Below are positions 9,520-23,479 of a DNA stretch of 32,000 nucleotides, piece after piece. Source of the stretch: Coralloluteibacterium stylophorae (lineage in GTDB: Bacteria > Pseudomonadota > Gammaproteobacteria > Xanthomonadales > Xanthomonadaceae); contig NZ_JAGQFT020000013.1 in NCBI RefSeq assembly GCF_018122625.2, forward strand, positions 66,376 through 98,375, in the 5' to 3' direction. The translations under genes were made by a program, and so were the position numbers. How positions within the stretch are numbered: the first letter of the stretch is position 1; each line of letters opens with the position of its first letter. The notes beneath the pieces are model-generated. The model was given only the letters and a program-made list of their open reading frames with translations. It searched no databases and was not told the origin of the DNA.

Positions 9520-10887
9520 ATGATCGATTCCCAATCGCCTGATCTTCCGTTCTCTCCTCCGTCCACGCCGGGCCTGCCCGTGCGCGTGATCCCCCGCGAG
9601 GACCATGGCGTCTCGCGCAAGCAGATCAGTCCCAACGCGCTGCGCGTGCTCTATCGGCTGCGCGAGGCGGGCTTCGGCGCCTACCTCGTCGGTGGTGCCG
9701 TCCGCGACCTGCTGATCGGCCTGCAGCCGAAGGACTTCGACGTCGCCACCGACGCCACGCCGGAGGAGATCAAGCAGCTGTTCCGCAACTGCCGCCTGAT
9801 CGGCCGGCGCTTCCGCCTGGCGCACGTGGTGTTCGGCCGCGAGATCATCGAGGTCGCCACCTTCCGCGCCAACAGCGACGACGGCAGTGGCGATCGCGCG
9901 ATGGAAGGCGAACGCCTGGTGCGCGACAACGTCTACGGCAGCATCGAGGACGACGCGCTGCGTCGCGACTTCACCGCCAACGCCCTGTACTACGCGATCG
10001 AGGACTTCTCGGTGCGTGACTACGTCGGCGGCTTCGAGGACGTCGAGAACCGCGTCATGAAGCTGATCGGCGATCCGGAGACGCGCTACCGCGAGGATCC
10101 GGTGCGCATGCTGCGCGCGGTGCGCCTGGCGGCCAAGCTCGACTTCGGCATCGATCCCAGCGCCGCCGAGCCGATGCCGGCGCTGGCGCCGCTGCTCGCG
10201 CAGGCGCCGCCGGCACGCCTGTTCGACGAGACGCTCAAGCTGTTCCTGGCGGGGCACGCGCGTGCCAGCTTCGTCGGCCTCGAGCGCCATGGCCTGCTCG
10301 GCGCGCTGTTCCCGGAAACGGCGCGGGCGCTGGCCGCGAGCCGCGGCGGCGGCCTGCGCGCCCTGGTGCTCGAGGCGCTGGCCTCGACCGATCGCCGCGT
10401 CGCGGAGGGGCTTTCGGTGACGCCGGCGTTCCTGTTCGCGGCGCTGCTGTGGCCGGCGTTCTGCCGCGAGGCTGCGCTCCTGCAGAAGAGCGGGCTCGAC
10501 GCGCTCGCCGCGCAGCAGCGCGCCGCCGACCGCGTCACCCTGCACCAGGCGCAGCGCATCGCGCTGCCGCGCCGGTTCTCGATTCCGATGCAGGAGATCT
10601 GGCTGATGCAGCCGCGCCTGGCGATGCGCCAGCGCAAGCGCGTGCATCGGCTGCTGTCGCATCCGCGCTTCCGCGCCGCCTTCGATTTCCTCGAGATGCG
10701 CGTGGTGGCGGCGCCGGAACTGGCCGAGGACGTGCGCTTCTGGCGCGAGGTGCAGGGCGAGACCGGCATCGAGCCGGGCCCGGACGTGGACGGCGACGCC
10801 CTCGAGCTCGGCGTCGACGAGCTGCCGCCGCCGCGTCGGCGCCGGCGCCGGCGCGCGCCGCGGGGCGAGGCGCGGCGCGGCGAGTGA
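9520..10887 (+). CDS. pcnB: Poly(A) polymerase I (polynucleotide adenylyltransferase)
   Basis: Nucleotidyltransferase core AYLVGGAVRDLLIGLQPKDFDVATDATPEE, plus RLIGRRFRLAHV. The C-terminal tail is Arg-rich ([20 protein letters not shown]). Stop TGA 10885-10887 overlaps the folK GTG. Confidence 0.92.
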   Translation: MIDSQSPDLPFSPPSTPGLPVRVIPREDHGVSRKQISPNALRVLYRLREAGFGAYLVGGAVRDLLIGLQPKDFDVATDATPEEIKQLFRNCRLIGRRFRLAHVVFGREIIEVATFRANSDDGSGDRAMEGERLVRDNVYGSIEDDALRRDFTANALYYAIEDFSVRDYVGGFEDVENRVMKLIGDPETRYREDPVRMLRAVRLAAKLDFGIDPSAAEPMPALAPLLAQAPPARLFDETLKLFLAGHARASFVGLERHGLLGALFPETARALAASRGGGLRALVLEALASTDRRVAEGLSVTPAFLFAALLWPAFCREAALLQKSGLDALAAQQRAADRVTLHQAQRIALPRRFSIPMQEIWLMQPRLAMRQRKRVHRLLSHPRFRAAFDFLEMRVVAAPELAEDVRFWREVQGETGIEPGPDVDGDALELGVDELPPPRRRRRRRAPRGEARRGE

Positions 10888-11381
10888 CCCCCGTCCGCGC
10901 CTTCATCGGGCTCGGCGGCAATCTCGGCGACGTCGCGGCGACCTTCGAGGCCGCGCTCGCGCGACTGGAGGCGCGGCCTGGCTGTCGCGTCGCCCTGCGC
11001 TCGCGCAACTACCGGACGCCGCCGTGGGGCGAGCCGGGGCAGCCGGATTTCCTCAACGCCGTCGCCGCGCTCGAGACCCTGCTCGCGCCGGCGGCCCTGC
11101 TCGATGCGCTGCTGGAGATCGAGCGCGCACACGGCCGCGACCGCTCGCGGGAGGTGCCGCGCTGGGGGCCGCGCACCCTGGACCTGGACCTGCTCGTCCA
11201 CGGCGATGTCGTCTGCGACACGCCGGCCCTGACCCTGCCGCATCCGCGTCTGCACGAGCGCGCCTTCGTGCTGGTGCCGCTGGCCGAGATCGCGCCGGAC
11301 CTGGACGTGCCCGGGTACGGGCGGGTGGCGCGGCTGCTGGCCGGCGTCGACGCGCGCGGCATCGCGCCCGCGACGGACTGA
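10884..11381 (+). CDS. folK: 2-amino-4-hydroxy-6-hydroxymethyldihydropteridine diphosphokinase
   Basis: Motifs [51 protein letters not shown] start at 10884 in a GTGA overlap with pcnB. The pcnB-folK order matches E. coli. Confidence 0.88.
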   Translation: MTPVRAFIGLGGNLGDVAATFEAALARLEARPGCRVALRSRNYRTPPWGEPGQPDFLNAVAALETLLAPAALLDALLEIERAHGRDRSREVPRWGPRTLDLDLLVHGDVVCDTPALTLPHPRLHERAFVLVPLAEIAPDLDVPGYGRVARLLAGVDARGIAPATD

Positions 11382-11466
11382 TCCTCCCGCCGCCTTGCGT
11401 GCGCGGCGCGCGGGCCTCGACCATAGCCGCCGCGCCGCGAGGCGCGCCCCTGATCCGGAGACATCC

Positions 11467-12285
11467 ATGTACGCCGATTCCGAGCTTCCCGCCCGCAAGC
11501 CGGTGACGGTTCCGCAGCTGCGCAGGATGAAGGCCGACGGGGCGCGGATCGTCGCGGTGACCGCCTACGACGCCGGCTTCGCGCGCGAGATCGAGGCGGC
11601 GGGCCTGGACGTGGTCCTGGTCGGCGACTCGCTGGGCATGGTGGTCCAGGGCCACGCCAGCACGCTGCCGGTGACGGTCGACGACATGGCCTACCACACC
11701 GCCTGCGTCGCGCGCGGGCTGCGCACACCGCTGCTGATGGCGGACCTGCCGTTCCAGGCCGATGCGACGCCCGCACGCGCGCTGGATGCGGCGACGCGAC
11801 TGCTGCAGGCCGGCGCGGGGATGGTCAAGATCGAGGGCGCCGGGCCGAAGCTCGAGGTCATCCGCTTCCTGGTCGAGCGCGAGATCCCGGTCTGCGCACA
11901 CCTCGGCCTGACCCCGCAGTCGGTGTTGCGCCTGGGCGGCTACAAGGTGCAGGGGCGCGAGGCCGCGGCCGCCGAGCGCCTGCGCGCCGACGCGCGTGCG
12001 GTGGCCCAGGCCGGCGCCGAAGCGCTGGTGCTCGAATGCGTGCCGACGCCGCTGGCGGCGGCGATCACCGGCGAGCTGGCGATCGCCACCATCGGCATCG
12101 GTGCCGGTGCCGACTGCGACGGCCAGGTCCTGGTCCTGCACGACCTGCTCGGCCTCGGCGCGCGCCGCCCGAAGTTCGTGAAGGATTTCCTCGGCGAGGG
12201 CGGCTCGGTGCGCGGCGCCTTCGCGGCCTACGCCGAAGCCGTGCGCGGGAGGCGCTTCCCGGCGGCCGAGCACGCCTACGACTGA
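11467..12285 (+). CDS. panB: 3-methyl-2-oxobutanoate hydroxymethyltransferase
   Basis: Motifs [39 protein letters not shown] lies 5 nt upstream of ATG 11467. The first 24 codons of the track ORF are an unconserved extension. Confidence 0.92.
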   Translation: MYADSELPARKPVTVPQLRRMKADGARIVAVTAYDAGFAREIEAAGLDVVLVGDSLGMVVQGHASTLPVTVDDMAYHTACVARGLRTPLLMADLPFQADATPARALDAATRLLQAGAGMVKIEGAGPKLEVIRFLVEREIPVCAHLGLTPQSVLRLGGYKVQGREAAAAERLRADARAVAQAGAEALVLECVPTPLAAAITGELAIATIGIGAGADCDGQVLVLHDLLGLGARRPKFVKDFLGEGGSVRGAFAAYAEAVRGRRFPAAEHAYD

Positions 12286-12381
12286 AGCCGCCACCGCCCG
12301 CCTGCCGCTTCGGCTAAGCTCCGCACCCCCTATCGACAGCCGCGGCGCATGCGCGCCGGGCGCAGGCCTGGAAGCACACCG

Positions 12382-13221
12382 ATGTTCACCGTCCGCACCG
12401 TATCCGACCTGCGCGCCGCCGTCGGCGGCTGGAAGCGCGCCGGCGAGCGGGTGGCCTTCGTGCCGACGATGGGCAACCTCCATGCCGGGCACCACTCGCT
12501 GGTGACCCTGGCCAGGCGCCAGGCCGACCGGGTCGTGGCCAGCGTCTTCGTCAATCCGACCCAGTTCGGTCCCAACGAGGACTTCGGCCGCTATCCGCGT
12601 ACGCCGGATGCCGACGCGGCTGGGCTGGCCGACGCCGGCTGCGACGTGATGTTCCTGCCCGGCGTCGAGCAGATGTACCCGTTCGGCGCGGAGCGCTGCG
12701 TGGGGGTGCACGTGCCGGGGCTGACCGACGTCATGGACGGCGCCCACCGGCCGGGGCACTTCGACGGCGTCGCCACCGTGGTGCTGCGCCTGTTCAACAT
12801 GGTGCAGCCGGATCTCGCCGTGTTCGGGCGCAAGGACTTCCAGCAGTTCCGGGTGATCGAATACCTGGTGCGCGACCTGTCGCTGCCGGTGACCCTGATC
12901 GCCGGAGAGACCCGGCGCGAGGACGACGGCCTGGCGATGAGTTCGCGCAACCAGTACCTCTCGCCGGAGGAGCGCGCCCGCGCGCCCGAGATCCACCGCA
13001 CGCTGCAGTTCATGCGCGAGGCCGCCAGGCGGCAGGTGCCGCCGGCGGCGATCGCGGCGGAGGCGGGCAAGCGGCTGACGGCGGCTGGCTTCGTGGTCGA
13101 CTATGCCGAGCTGCGTCGTGCCGAGGACCTGGCGCCGGCGGTGGCAGGCGATGCGGGCGTGGTCGCCTTCGTCGCCGCGCGGCTGGGCTCCACGCGGCTC
13201 ATCGACAACCTCGCGCTGTGA
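12382..13221 (+). CDS. panC: Pantoate--beta-alanine ligase
   Basis: Motifs PTMGNLHAGHHSL, VASVFVNPTQFGP, MSSRNQYL. Start taken at ATG 12382 (MFTVRTVSDLR...). Confidence 0.92.
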   Translation: MFTVRTVSDLRAAVGGWKRAGERVAFVPTMGNLHAGHHSLVTLARRQADRVVASVFVNPTQFGPNEDFGRYPRTPDADAAGLADAGCDVMFLPGVEQMYPFGAERCVGVHVPGLTDVMDGAHRPGHFDGVATVVLRLFNMVQPDLAVFGRKDFQQFRVIEYLVRDLSLPVTLIAGETRREDDGLAMSSRNQYLSPEERARAPEIHRTLQFMREAARRQVPPAAIAAEAGKRLTAAGFVVDYAELRRAEDLAPAVAGDAGVVAFVAARLGSTRLIDNLAL

Positions 13222-13268
13222 GGCGGCGGGGCGTCCCCAACCGGCGCTGACCGGGCCCCGCGCGGCAT

Positions 13269-13298
13269 TTGCCGCGATTGCCCGCCACTTCCTACACT
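13269..13298 (+). promoter_or_regulatory. Candidate internal promoter upstream of panD-pgi
   Basis: TTGCCG (13269-13274), 18-nt spacer, TACACT (13293-13298), inside the 126-bp panC-panD gap. Pattern match only. Confidence 0.3.
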
Positions 13299-13347
13299 AG
13301 AGGGTGCTGCACTGCCGCAGCCATCCCAGGACGTTCCGGAGCACGCC

Positions 13348-13728
13348 ATGCAGCTCACCCTGCTCAAGGGCAAGATTCACCGCGCCTCGGTCACCCACGC
13401 CGAGCTGCACTACGAAGGCTCGTGCGCGATCGACGCCAACCTGCTGGAGCTCAGCGGCATCCGCGAGTACGAGCGGATCGAGATCTACAACATCGCCAAC
13501 GGCAAGCGCTTCGCGACCTACGCCATCCGCGCCGAGGCCGGCAGCGGCATCATCTCGGTCAACGGCGCCGCCGCCCACCAGGCCGGCGTCGGCGACCTGG
13601 TGATCATCTGCGCCTACGCGGGCATGGACGAGGCCGAGGCGGCCGCGTTCAAGCCGCGGCTGGTGTACGTCGACCGCGAGAACCGGATGACGCACACCAA
13701 CGACGCCATCCCGGCGCAGGCCGCCTGA
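13348..13728 (+). CDS. panD: Aspartate 1-decarboxylase (pyruvoyl-dependent)
   Basis: 126 aa, starting [13 protein letters not shown], with the self-processing site LHYEG|SCAID (Gly24-Ser25). Confidence 0.95.
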   Translation: MQLTLLKGKIHRASVTHAELHYEGSCAIDANLLELSGIREYERIEIYNIANGKRFATYAIRAEAGSGIISVNGAAAHQAGVGDLVIICAYAGMDEAEAAAFKPRLVYVDRENRMTHTNDAIPAQAA

Positions 13729-15236
13729 TGTCGGCCGCGCTGGCCGGACTCGCTCCTCACGCCGCGCGGCTCGCCGCCGCCCGGATCCCCGACCTGGTCG
13801 CCGCCGACTCCGAGCGCGCCGCGCGCGCGCTGCGGGTCGGTCCGCTGTACGCGAACTTCGCGCGACAGAAGACCGATGCTGAGGCCGCGGCCGCGCTGAC
13901 CGCGCTGGCCCGCGAGGCGGACGTCGCCGGGGCGCTGCGCGCGCTGGTCGACGGCGCGATGGTGAACCCGTCGGAGCGGCGCCCGGCGCTGCACACGGCG
14001 CTGCGCTCCGACCTCGGCGACAGCGACACCGCGCGCGACGCCCATGCGCAGGCGGTGGCCGCGCGGGCGCGGATGCTGGAGCTGATCGCGGAACTCGAGG
14101 CCTCCGAGGTGACCGACATCGTCAATGTCGGCATCGGCGGTTCCGATCTCGGGCCGCGGCTGGTGGTCGACGCCCTCGGCGACGTCGCCACCGGCCGCTT
14201 CCGCGTGCATTTCCTGAGCAACGTCGACGGCAGCGCCGCGCAGCGGCTGATCCGCGAGCTTGATCCCGCGCGCACCGCCGTCGTCCTGGTGTCCAAGAGC
14301 TTCGGCACGCAGGAGACGCTGCTCAACGGCCGCATCCTCAAGGACTGGCTCGGCGGCGGCGAGCGCCTGTACGCGGTCAGCGCCAACGTGCCGAAGGCGG
14401 AGGCCTTCGGCGTGGCCGCCGAGCGCGTGCTGCCGATGTGGGACTGGGTCGGCGGGCGCTATTCGCTGTGGTCGGCGGTGGGTTTCGCCATCGCGCTGGC
14501 GATCGGCAGCGACGGCTTCGAGCGCCTGCTCGCCGGCGCCGCGTCGATGGACGCGCACGTACTGGAAGCGCCGCTGGAGGAGAACCTGCCGGTCCAGCAC
14601 GCGCTGCACGTGATCTGGAACCGCAACGGGCTGGGCTATCCGACCCACGCGGTGCTGCCCTACGACGAACGCCTCGCGCTGCTGCCGGCCTACCTGCAGC
14701 AGCTGGTCATGGAGAGCCTCGGCAAGCGCGTCGCGCGCGACGGCTCCGCCATCGACCATGCCACCGTGCCGGTGCTGTGGGGCGGGGCGGGCACCAACTC
14801 GCAGCACAGCTTCTTCCAGGCCCTGCACCAGGGCACCGACGTGATCCCCTGCGACTTCATCGGGACCGCGGTGCCGGCGCACGACTACGCCGACAACCAC
14901 CGCGCGCTGCTGGCGAACCTGCTCGCCCAGACCGAGGCCTTCGCCAACGGCGCCGACGTCGACGACCCGCAGAAGGTCTATCCCGGCGGCCGGCCGTCCA
15001 CCCTGATCCTGCTCGAGACGCTCTCGCCCGAGAGCCTGGGCGCGCTGATCGCGATGTACGAGCACAGCGTCTACGTGCAGTCGGTGCTGTGGGGCATCAA
15101 CGCCTTCGACCAGTGGGGCGTGGAGCTCGGCAAGAAGATCGCCGGCGAACTGCTGCCGGCGCTGGAGTCGGGCGAGGGTGCGCAGCTCGATCCGGTCACC
15201 GCCGCCCTGATCGTCGAGATCCGCCGGCGCGGCTGA
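13728..15236 (+). CDS. pgi: Glucose-6-phosphate isomerase
   Basis: Motifs [56 protein letters not shown] 13728-13730 shares one base with the panD stop (TGATG). The upstream 153 codons of the 655-aa ORF are the panD shadow frame. Confidence 0.92.
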   Translation: MSAALAGLAPHAARLAAARIPDLVAADSERAARALRVGPLYANFARQKTDAEAAAALTALAREADVAGALRALVDGAMVNPSERRPALHTALRSDLGDSDTARDAHAQAVAARARMLELIAELEASEVTDIVNVGIGGSDLGPRLVVDALGDVATGRFRVHFLSNVDGSAAQRLIRELDPARTAVVLVSKSFGTQETLLNGRILKDWLGGGERLYAVSANVPKAEAFGVAAERVLPMWDWVGGRYSLWSAVGFAIALAIGSDGFERLLAGAASMDAHVLEAPLEENLPVQHALHVIWNRNGLGYPTHAVLPYDERLALLPAYLQQLVMESLGKRVARDGSAIDHATVPVLWGGAGTNSQHSFFQALHQGTDVIPCDFIGTAVPAHDYADNHRALLANLLAQTEAFANGADVDDPQKVYPGGRPSTLILLETLSPESLGALIAMYEHSVYVQSVLWGINAFDQWGVELGKKIAGELLPALESGEGAQLDPVTAALIVEIRRRG

Positions 15237-15246
15237 CGCCGCGCTT

Positions 15247-18520
<3,274 letters not shown>

Positions 18521-18524
<4 letters not shown>

Positions 18525-18988
18525 GCGGCCGCTTCGTGCTTGCCGATCCCGCGGCCACCGATGCGTTGGGCCAGGCGCTCGCGCGGGCGCGCCCCGAACA
18601 GGGCGTGGTCTATCTGCGCGGCGACCTCGGCGCGGGAAAATCCAGCCTGGCCCGGGCGCTGCTGCGGGCGCTCGGTGTCACCGGCACGATCCGCAGCCCC
18701 ACCTATACGCTGGTCGAGCGCTACCCGCTCCCGGGCGACGGCCGCGAGGCCCTGCACCTGGACCTGTATCGCATCGGTGCGGCGGAGGAGCTGGAATTCC
18801 TGGGCCTGGACGATGCGGTGGCGGAGGCTGCGCTGTGGCTGGTCGAATGGCCGGAACGCGGTGCCGGCCTGCTGCCGCCGGCGGATCTGGACATCATGCT
18901 CGCCCCGCGGGGCGAGGGTCGTGTGGCCGAGTGTGTTGCGATGGGTCCGCGAGGCGCGGGGTGGCTCGGGCGCGTGAAATGGGCGTGA
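18521..18988 (+). CDS. tsaE: tRNA t6A37 biosynthesis ATPase TsaE (YjeE)
   Basis: P-loop GDLGAGKSS, plus SPTYTLVERY and HLDLYR. ATG 18521 overlaps the nnr stop (ATGA). The long upstream part of the 730-aa track ORF is a shadow frame. Confidence 0.9.
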
Positions 18989-19095
18989 GTTAAAGCCCGA
19001 ATCTCGCCGGAATTCGAGGAAAGATCGGCAGGTTACGGATTCCTAAGGCAAAAGCATGTTGCGTTCCTCCCGGGGCGGTGATTCAATCCCGGCCC

Positions 19096-20571
19096 ATGCG
19101 CCATGTCCTCCGTTCCCTGCCGATCCGGGTTGCCGCGTCAGTGGCGGCCGCAGCCTGCTTCCTGGCCGCACCGGCGCAGGCCGGCCAGGTGCGCACGCTC
19201 CACGTGGTGGACGTCGAAAGCCACACCAGGGCGGTGCTCGAACTCGACGCCAGCGCCGAGTACACGGTGTTCACCCTGCAGAACCCGAGCCGCCTGGTGG
19301 TGGACCTGAAGGCATCCTCGCTCGCCAGCGGCTATCGCGCGCCCGCGCCCAACGGCGTGGTCACCGGCGTGCGTACCGGCACGCCGACGGAAGGCGACCT
19401 GCGCGTCGTGTTCGACCTCGCGGCCGACGTGCAGCCGCGGAGCTTCCTGCAGAGCGAGGGGGGCACGCCGCAGCTCATCCTGGAACTGCGTCCCACCGGC
19501 ACCGGCGCCGTCGCCGCCGTGGCCGAGGCCGCCGCGAGCACGGTGGGGGCGGCGGCGGCCGTGGCCGCACCCGCCGCCGCGGCGGTGGCGCCGGCGGCGA
19601 CCGCGCGTACGATCGAGGAGATGTTCGGCTCCAGGCAGCGCGACCTGGTGGTCGCCATCGACGCCGGGCACGGTGGCAAGGATCCCGGCGCGCTCGGTGG
19701 TGCCGGGACGAAGGAGAAGAACGTCACCCTCGAGGTCGCGCGCGAGCTGGCACGGGTCGTCGACGCCGAGCCCGGCATGAAGGCGATGCTGACCCGCGAC
19801 CGCGACGTCTTCATCCCGCTGCAGGAGCGCTACCGCAAGGCGCGCGCGGCCAAGGCCGACATCTTCGTGTCCATCCATGCCGACGCGTCGCCGCACGAGA
19901 CGCCGTCGGGTTCGTCGGTCTACGTGCTGTCGCACCGTGGCGCGTCGAGCGAGGCCGCGCGCTGGCTTGCCGACCGCGAGAACGCCGCCGACCTGATCGG
20001 CGGGGTCAAGCTCGACGGCAGCGACGGCGTGCTCGCCTCGGTGCTGCTGGACCTGTCGCAGAGCGCCACCATGAAGGCGTCCGACGACGCCGCGCAGCAT
20101 GTGCTCCAGGGCCTGCGCCGTCTGGGCAAGACGCACAAGTCGAAGGTGGAGTACGCGAACTTCGTCGTCCTGCGCTCGCCGGACGTGCCCTCGATGCTGG
20201 TCGAGACCGCCTTCATCAGCAACCGCGACGACGAGCGCCGGCTCAACGATCCGGCGCACCGGGCGCGTCTCGCGCAGGCGCTGCTCGGCGGTATCCGCGA
20301 GTACTTCACCGCGCAGCCGCCGCCGGGCACGCTGTTCGCGGCGCGCGCCGAGGGCAACGGCGGCGCGGGCATCGAGCGCGACTACCTGGTCGCCCGCGGC
20401 GACACGCTGTCGTCGATCGCGGCGCGCTACGGGGTTACCGTGTCCAGCCTGCGCGCGGTCAATGGCCTGAGCGGCGACACCGTGAAGATCGGTCAGCGCC
20501 TGCGCGTGCCCGCCCGAAGTGGGCTGCCGGTCGGCGGCACCTTCGCGGGCGCCGGCGCACCTCCGGGCTGA
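19096..20571 (+). CDS. amiB: N-acetylmuramoyl-L-alanine amidase (AMIN + Amidase_3 + LysM)
   Basis: Signal peptide ending APAQA|G. AMIN-like domain ([20 protein letters not shown]...LVVDL), an Ala-rich linker, the catalytic [15 protein letters not shown]...SIHAD...ETAFISN, and a C-terminal LysM ([18 protein letters not shown]...GQRLRVP). The position between tsaE and mutL matches amiB. GTG 19078 is an alternative start. Confidence 0.88.
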   Translation: MRHVLRSLPIRVAASVAAAACFLAAPAQAGQVRTLHVVDVESHTRAVLELDASAEYTVFTLQNPSRLVVDLKASSLASGYRAPAPNGVVTGVRTGTPTEGDLRVVFDLAADVQPRSFLQSEGGTPQLILELRPTGTGAVAAVAEAAASTVGAAAAVAAPAAAAVAPAATARTIEEMFGSRQRDLVVAIDAGHGGKDPGALGGAGTKEKNVTLEVARELARVVDAEPGMKAMLTRDRDVFIPLQERYRKARAAKADIFVSIHADASPHETPSGSSVYVLSHRGASSEAARWLADRENAADLIGGVKLDGSDGVLASVLLDLSQSATMKASDDAAQHVLQGLRRLGKTHKSKVEYANFVVLRSPDVPSMLVETAFISNRDDERRLNDPAHRARLAQALLGGIREYFTAQPPPGTLFAARAEGNGGAGIERDYLVARGDTLSSIAARYGVTVSSLRAVNGLSGDTVKIGQRLRVPARSGLPVGGTFAGAGAPPG

Positions 20572-20626
20572 GGCCGGCCGCCGTCCTGCGTTTGCTATCC
20601 TGCGGCGCCGTTCGCAGCGCGCGCCC

Positions 20627-22459
20627 GTGCCGATCCGAGCCCTCCCCGATCTCCTGATCAACCAGATCGCCGCCGGCGAGGTGGTGGAGCGGCCTGCGTC
20701 GGTGGTCAAGGAGGTCGTCGAGAACGCCATCGACGCCGGTGCGCGCCGGATCGACATCGAGCTCGAGGAGGGCGGCATCCGCCTGATCCGGGTGCGCGAC
20801 GACGGCGGCGGCATCGCGCCCGAGGAGCTGCGGTTGGCGGTGTCGCGGCATGCGACCAGCAAGATCGCCTCGCTCGACGATCTCGAGTCGGTCTGCACCC
20901 TCGGCTTCCGCGGCGAGGCGCTGCCCTCGATCGCCGCGGTGAGCCGGTTCGCGCTGACCTCGCGCCCGACGGACGCCGGGCACGGCGCGCGGCTGGAGAT
21001 CGACGGCGGCCGCGGTGGCGACATCGCCCCGCACCCGCACCCGCCGGGGACCACCGTCGAGGTGCGCGAGCTGTTCTTCAACGTCCCCGCGCGGCGCCGC
21101 TTCCTCAAGAGCGAGCGCACCGAACTGGGCCACGTCGAGGAGTGGATCCGCTGTCTGGCGCTGGCGCGGCCCGAGGTGGAGATCCGGCTCGTCCACAACG
21201 GCCGCCAGACCCGCCACTACCGGCCCGCGCGCGATCCCGCCGCCAGGCTTGCGCGGGTGGCGGAGGCGCTCGGCGGCGAGTTCGGCGGCGCCTGCCTCGC
21301 ACTCGAGCAGTCGACCGCGGACGAACTGCGGCTGTCGGGCTGGATCGGCCTGCCGACCGCCTCGCGCAGCAGCGCCGACCAGCAGTACCTCTTCGTGAAC
21401 GGCCGCGTGGTGCGCGACCGCACCATCGGCCACGCGATCCGCCAGGCCTACGCCGACGTGCTGTACCACGGCCGGCATCCGGCCTACGTGCTGTTCCTGG
21501 AGCTCGACCCGCGCCGGGTCGACGTCAACGTGCATCCGGCCAAGCACGAGGTGCGGTTCCGCGATGCGCGCCGCCTGCACGACTTCGTCTACCGCACCCT
21601 GTCCGAGGCGCTGGGCGCGACGCGGGCGGGGCTCGCGACGGCGGCGGCCGCCACGCCGTCCGGCACGGAGCCAGCTCTTCTCGCGGGCGCGGGTACGAGC
21701 GGCATGGGCTGGCAGGCGCCGCGTCAGGCCGGCATCGCCCTCGGTGTGCGCGAGCAGCTGGCGGGGTATGCGGCGCTCTACGGACGCGGCGACGCCGATG
21801 TCGCCGTGGCCGAGCATCCGCCGGCGCCGGGCGCCGTCACGGCGGCGCCGTTGCCGGAGGCGGACGACACCGCGGCGCCCCCGCTCGGTTTCGCCATCGC
21901 CCAGCTGCATGGGGTGTTCGTGCTCGCCGAGAACGAGCAGGGCCTGGTGCTGGTCGACATGCACGCTGCGCACGAGCGCATCACCTACGAGCGCCTGAAG
22001 TCGGCGCAGGACGGCATCGGCATCCGCAGCCAGCCGCTGCTGGTTCCGGTGGCGCTGGCGGTGAGCGAGCGCGAGGCGGAGGCCGCCGAGCAGCACACCG
22101 ACGCGCTGGCGGCGCTCGGCTTCGAGATCCGGCGCGCAGGTCCGCAGGCGCTGTCGGTGCGCGCGGTGCCGGCGATCCTGGAGCAGGCCGACGCGCGCGG
22201 CCTGGCGCTGGACGTGCTGTCGGACCTGGTCGAGCACGGCACGACCCGGCGCATCGAGGAGGCGCAGAACGCACTGCTCAGCACCATGGCCTGCCACGGT
22301 TCGGTGCGCGCCAACCGGCGCCTGTCGCTGCCGGAGATGAACGCCCTGCTGCGCGACATGGAGGCGACCGAACGCTCCTCGCAGTGCAACCACGGTCGCC
22401 CGACCTGGGTGCAGCTGTCCAAGGCCGAGCTCGACCGGCTGTTCCTGCGCGGGCGCTGA
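20627..22459 (+). CDS. mutL: DNA mismatch repair endonuclease MutL
   Basis: GTG start gives the canonical (M)[37 protein letters not shown], followed by GFRGEAL. The C-terminal dimerisation domain ends ...CNHGRPTW. Confidence 0.92.
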   Translation: MPIRALPDLLINQIAAGEVVERPASVVKEVVENAIDAGARRIDIELEEGGIRLIRVRDDGGGIAPEELRLAVSRHATSKIASLDDLESVCTLGFRGEALPSIAAVSRFALTSRPTDAGHGARLEIDGGRGGDIAPHPHPPGTTVEVRELFFNVPARRRFLKSERTELGHVEEWIRCLALARPEVEIRLVHNGRQTRHYRPARDPAARLARVAEALGGEFGGACLALEQSTADELRLSGWIGLPTASRSSADQQYLFVNGRVVRDRTIGHAIRQAYADVLYHGRHPAYVLFLELDPRRVDVNVHPAKHEVRFRDARRLHDFVYRTLSEALGATRAGLATAAAATPSGTEPALLAGAGTSGMGWQAPRQAGIALGVREQLAGYAALYGRGDADVAVAEHPPAPGAVTAAPLPEADDTAAPPLGFAIAQLHGVFVLAENEQGLVLVDMHAAHERITYERLKSAQDGIGIRSQPLLVPVALAVSEREAEAAEQHTDALAALGFEIRRAGPQALSVRAVPAILEQADARGLALDVLSDLVEHGTTRRIEEAQNALLSTMACHGSVRANRRLSLPEMNALLRDMEATERSSQCNHGRPTWVQLSKAELDRLFLRGR

Positions 22460-22520
22460 GCCGGCCCGGGACGGACGCGGTGCCGGTATGCTGCGGGTGG
22501 GGATGCGACGGGGGATTACG

Positions 22521-23477
22521 ATGACGGGAGCGGGCAGGCGCGCCGTCTGCGGGCTGCTGGTCGGCGTGCTGGCCGCGCTGGCGGGCTGCCGCGGCGACGA
22601 GGCTGGTGCGCCGACCAGCAGCCAGGGCGACAGCCGCGAGCGCCAGGCGCACCGGCTGGACGTCGAGCAGTGGCGCGCCGAGCGCCTGGGTGCGCTGCAC
22701 CGGCCCGACGGCTGGCTGGCGCTGGTCGGCCTGCACTGGATCGAACCGGGCGGTCACTACGCCGGCAGCAGCGGCAGCAACGGGATCCGGCTCGCCGCGG
22801 GTCCGGCGCACCTGGGCCTGTTCGACCTGCGCGACGACGGCCGCGTATGGTTCACCCCCGATCGCAGCCGGCCCGATGTCCAGCTCGACGGCAAGCCGGT
22901 GCGCGGGCGGGTGGTGCTGCGCACCGACCGCGACGGTGCGCCGGACGTCCTGCGTATCGATGGCGGCCTGGTCAGCGCGATGCTGATCGAGCGCGGCGGC
23001 CGCATCGCCCTGCGCGTGCGCGACGCGCGGGCGGCGCAGGCGAACGCGCTCGCCGCGATCCCGCACTTCGAGGTCGATCCCGCTTGGCGCATCGTCGCCC
23101 GCTTCGAGGCACATGCGCCCGGCACGACCCTCGAAATCGTCAACGTGCTGGGCGCCACCGAAGCGATGGCCAACCCGGGCCGCGTGCTGTTCGGGAAGGA
23201 CGGGCGCGAGTACGCGCTGGAAGCGCTGGACGAGGGCGACGGCAGGCTGCTGCTGATCGTCGCCGACCGCACCAGCGGGCACGACAGCTACGGCGCCGGC
23301 CGTTACCTCGGCGCGCCGCGTCCCGATCGCGCAGGGCGGACGGTGCTGGACTTCAACAAGCTCGAGAACCCGCCGTGCGCGTTCACCGACTACGCCACCT
23401 GTCCGCTGCCGCCGGCGGCCAACCGCCTGGATCTCGCCATCACCGCCGGCGAAAAGCGCCTGCCCCGGAGCCACTGA
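22521..23477 (+). CDS. DUF1684 domain lipoprotein
   Basis: Perfect lipobox LAALAG|C after a basic N-region. The C-terminal signature GAGRY...LDFNKLENPPCAFTDYATCPLPPAANRL...AGEK is typical of DUF1684. ATG 22503 or 22488 are alternative starts in the same frame. Confidence 0.8.
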   Translation: MTGAGRRAVCGLLVGVLAALAGCRGDEAGAPTSSQGDSRERQAHRLDVEQWRAERLGALHRPDGWLALVGLHWIEPGGHYAGSSGSNGIRLAAGPAHLGLFDLRDDGRVWFTPDRSRPDVQLDGKPVRGRVVLRTDRDGAPDVLRIDGGLVSAMLIERGGRIALRVRDARAAQANALAAIPHFEVDPAWRIVARFEAHAPGTTLEIVNVLGATEAMANPGRVLFGKDGREYALEALDEGDGRLLLIVADRTSGHDSYGAGRYLGAPRPDRAGRTVLDFNKLENPPCAFTDYATCPLPPAANRLDLAITAGEKRLPRSH

Positions 23478-23479
23478 CG

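Noticed and set aside
19495-19610. GCC/GCG-rich repetitive DNA in amiB, and a similar stretch at about 30066-30160 in metG, considered as tandem repeats or a VNTR
   Set aside because: They are in-frame and encode Ala/Pro-rich interdomain linkers: [13 protein letters not shown]...[13 protein letters not shown] in AmiB and [24 protein letters not shown] in MetG. There is no exact repeat unit.
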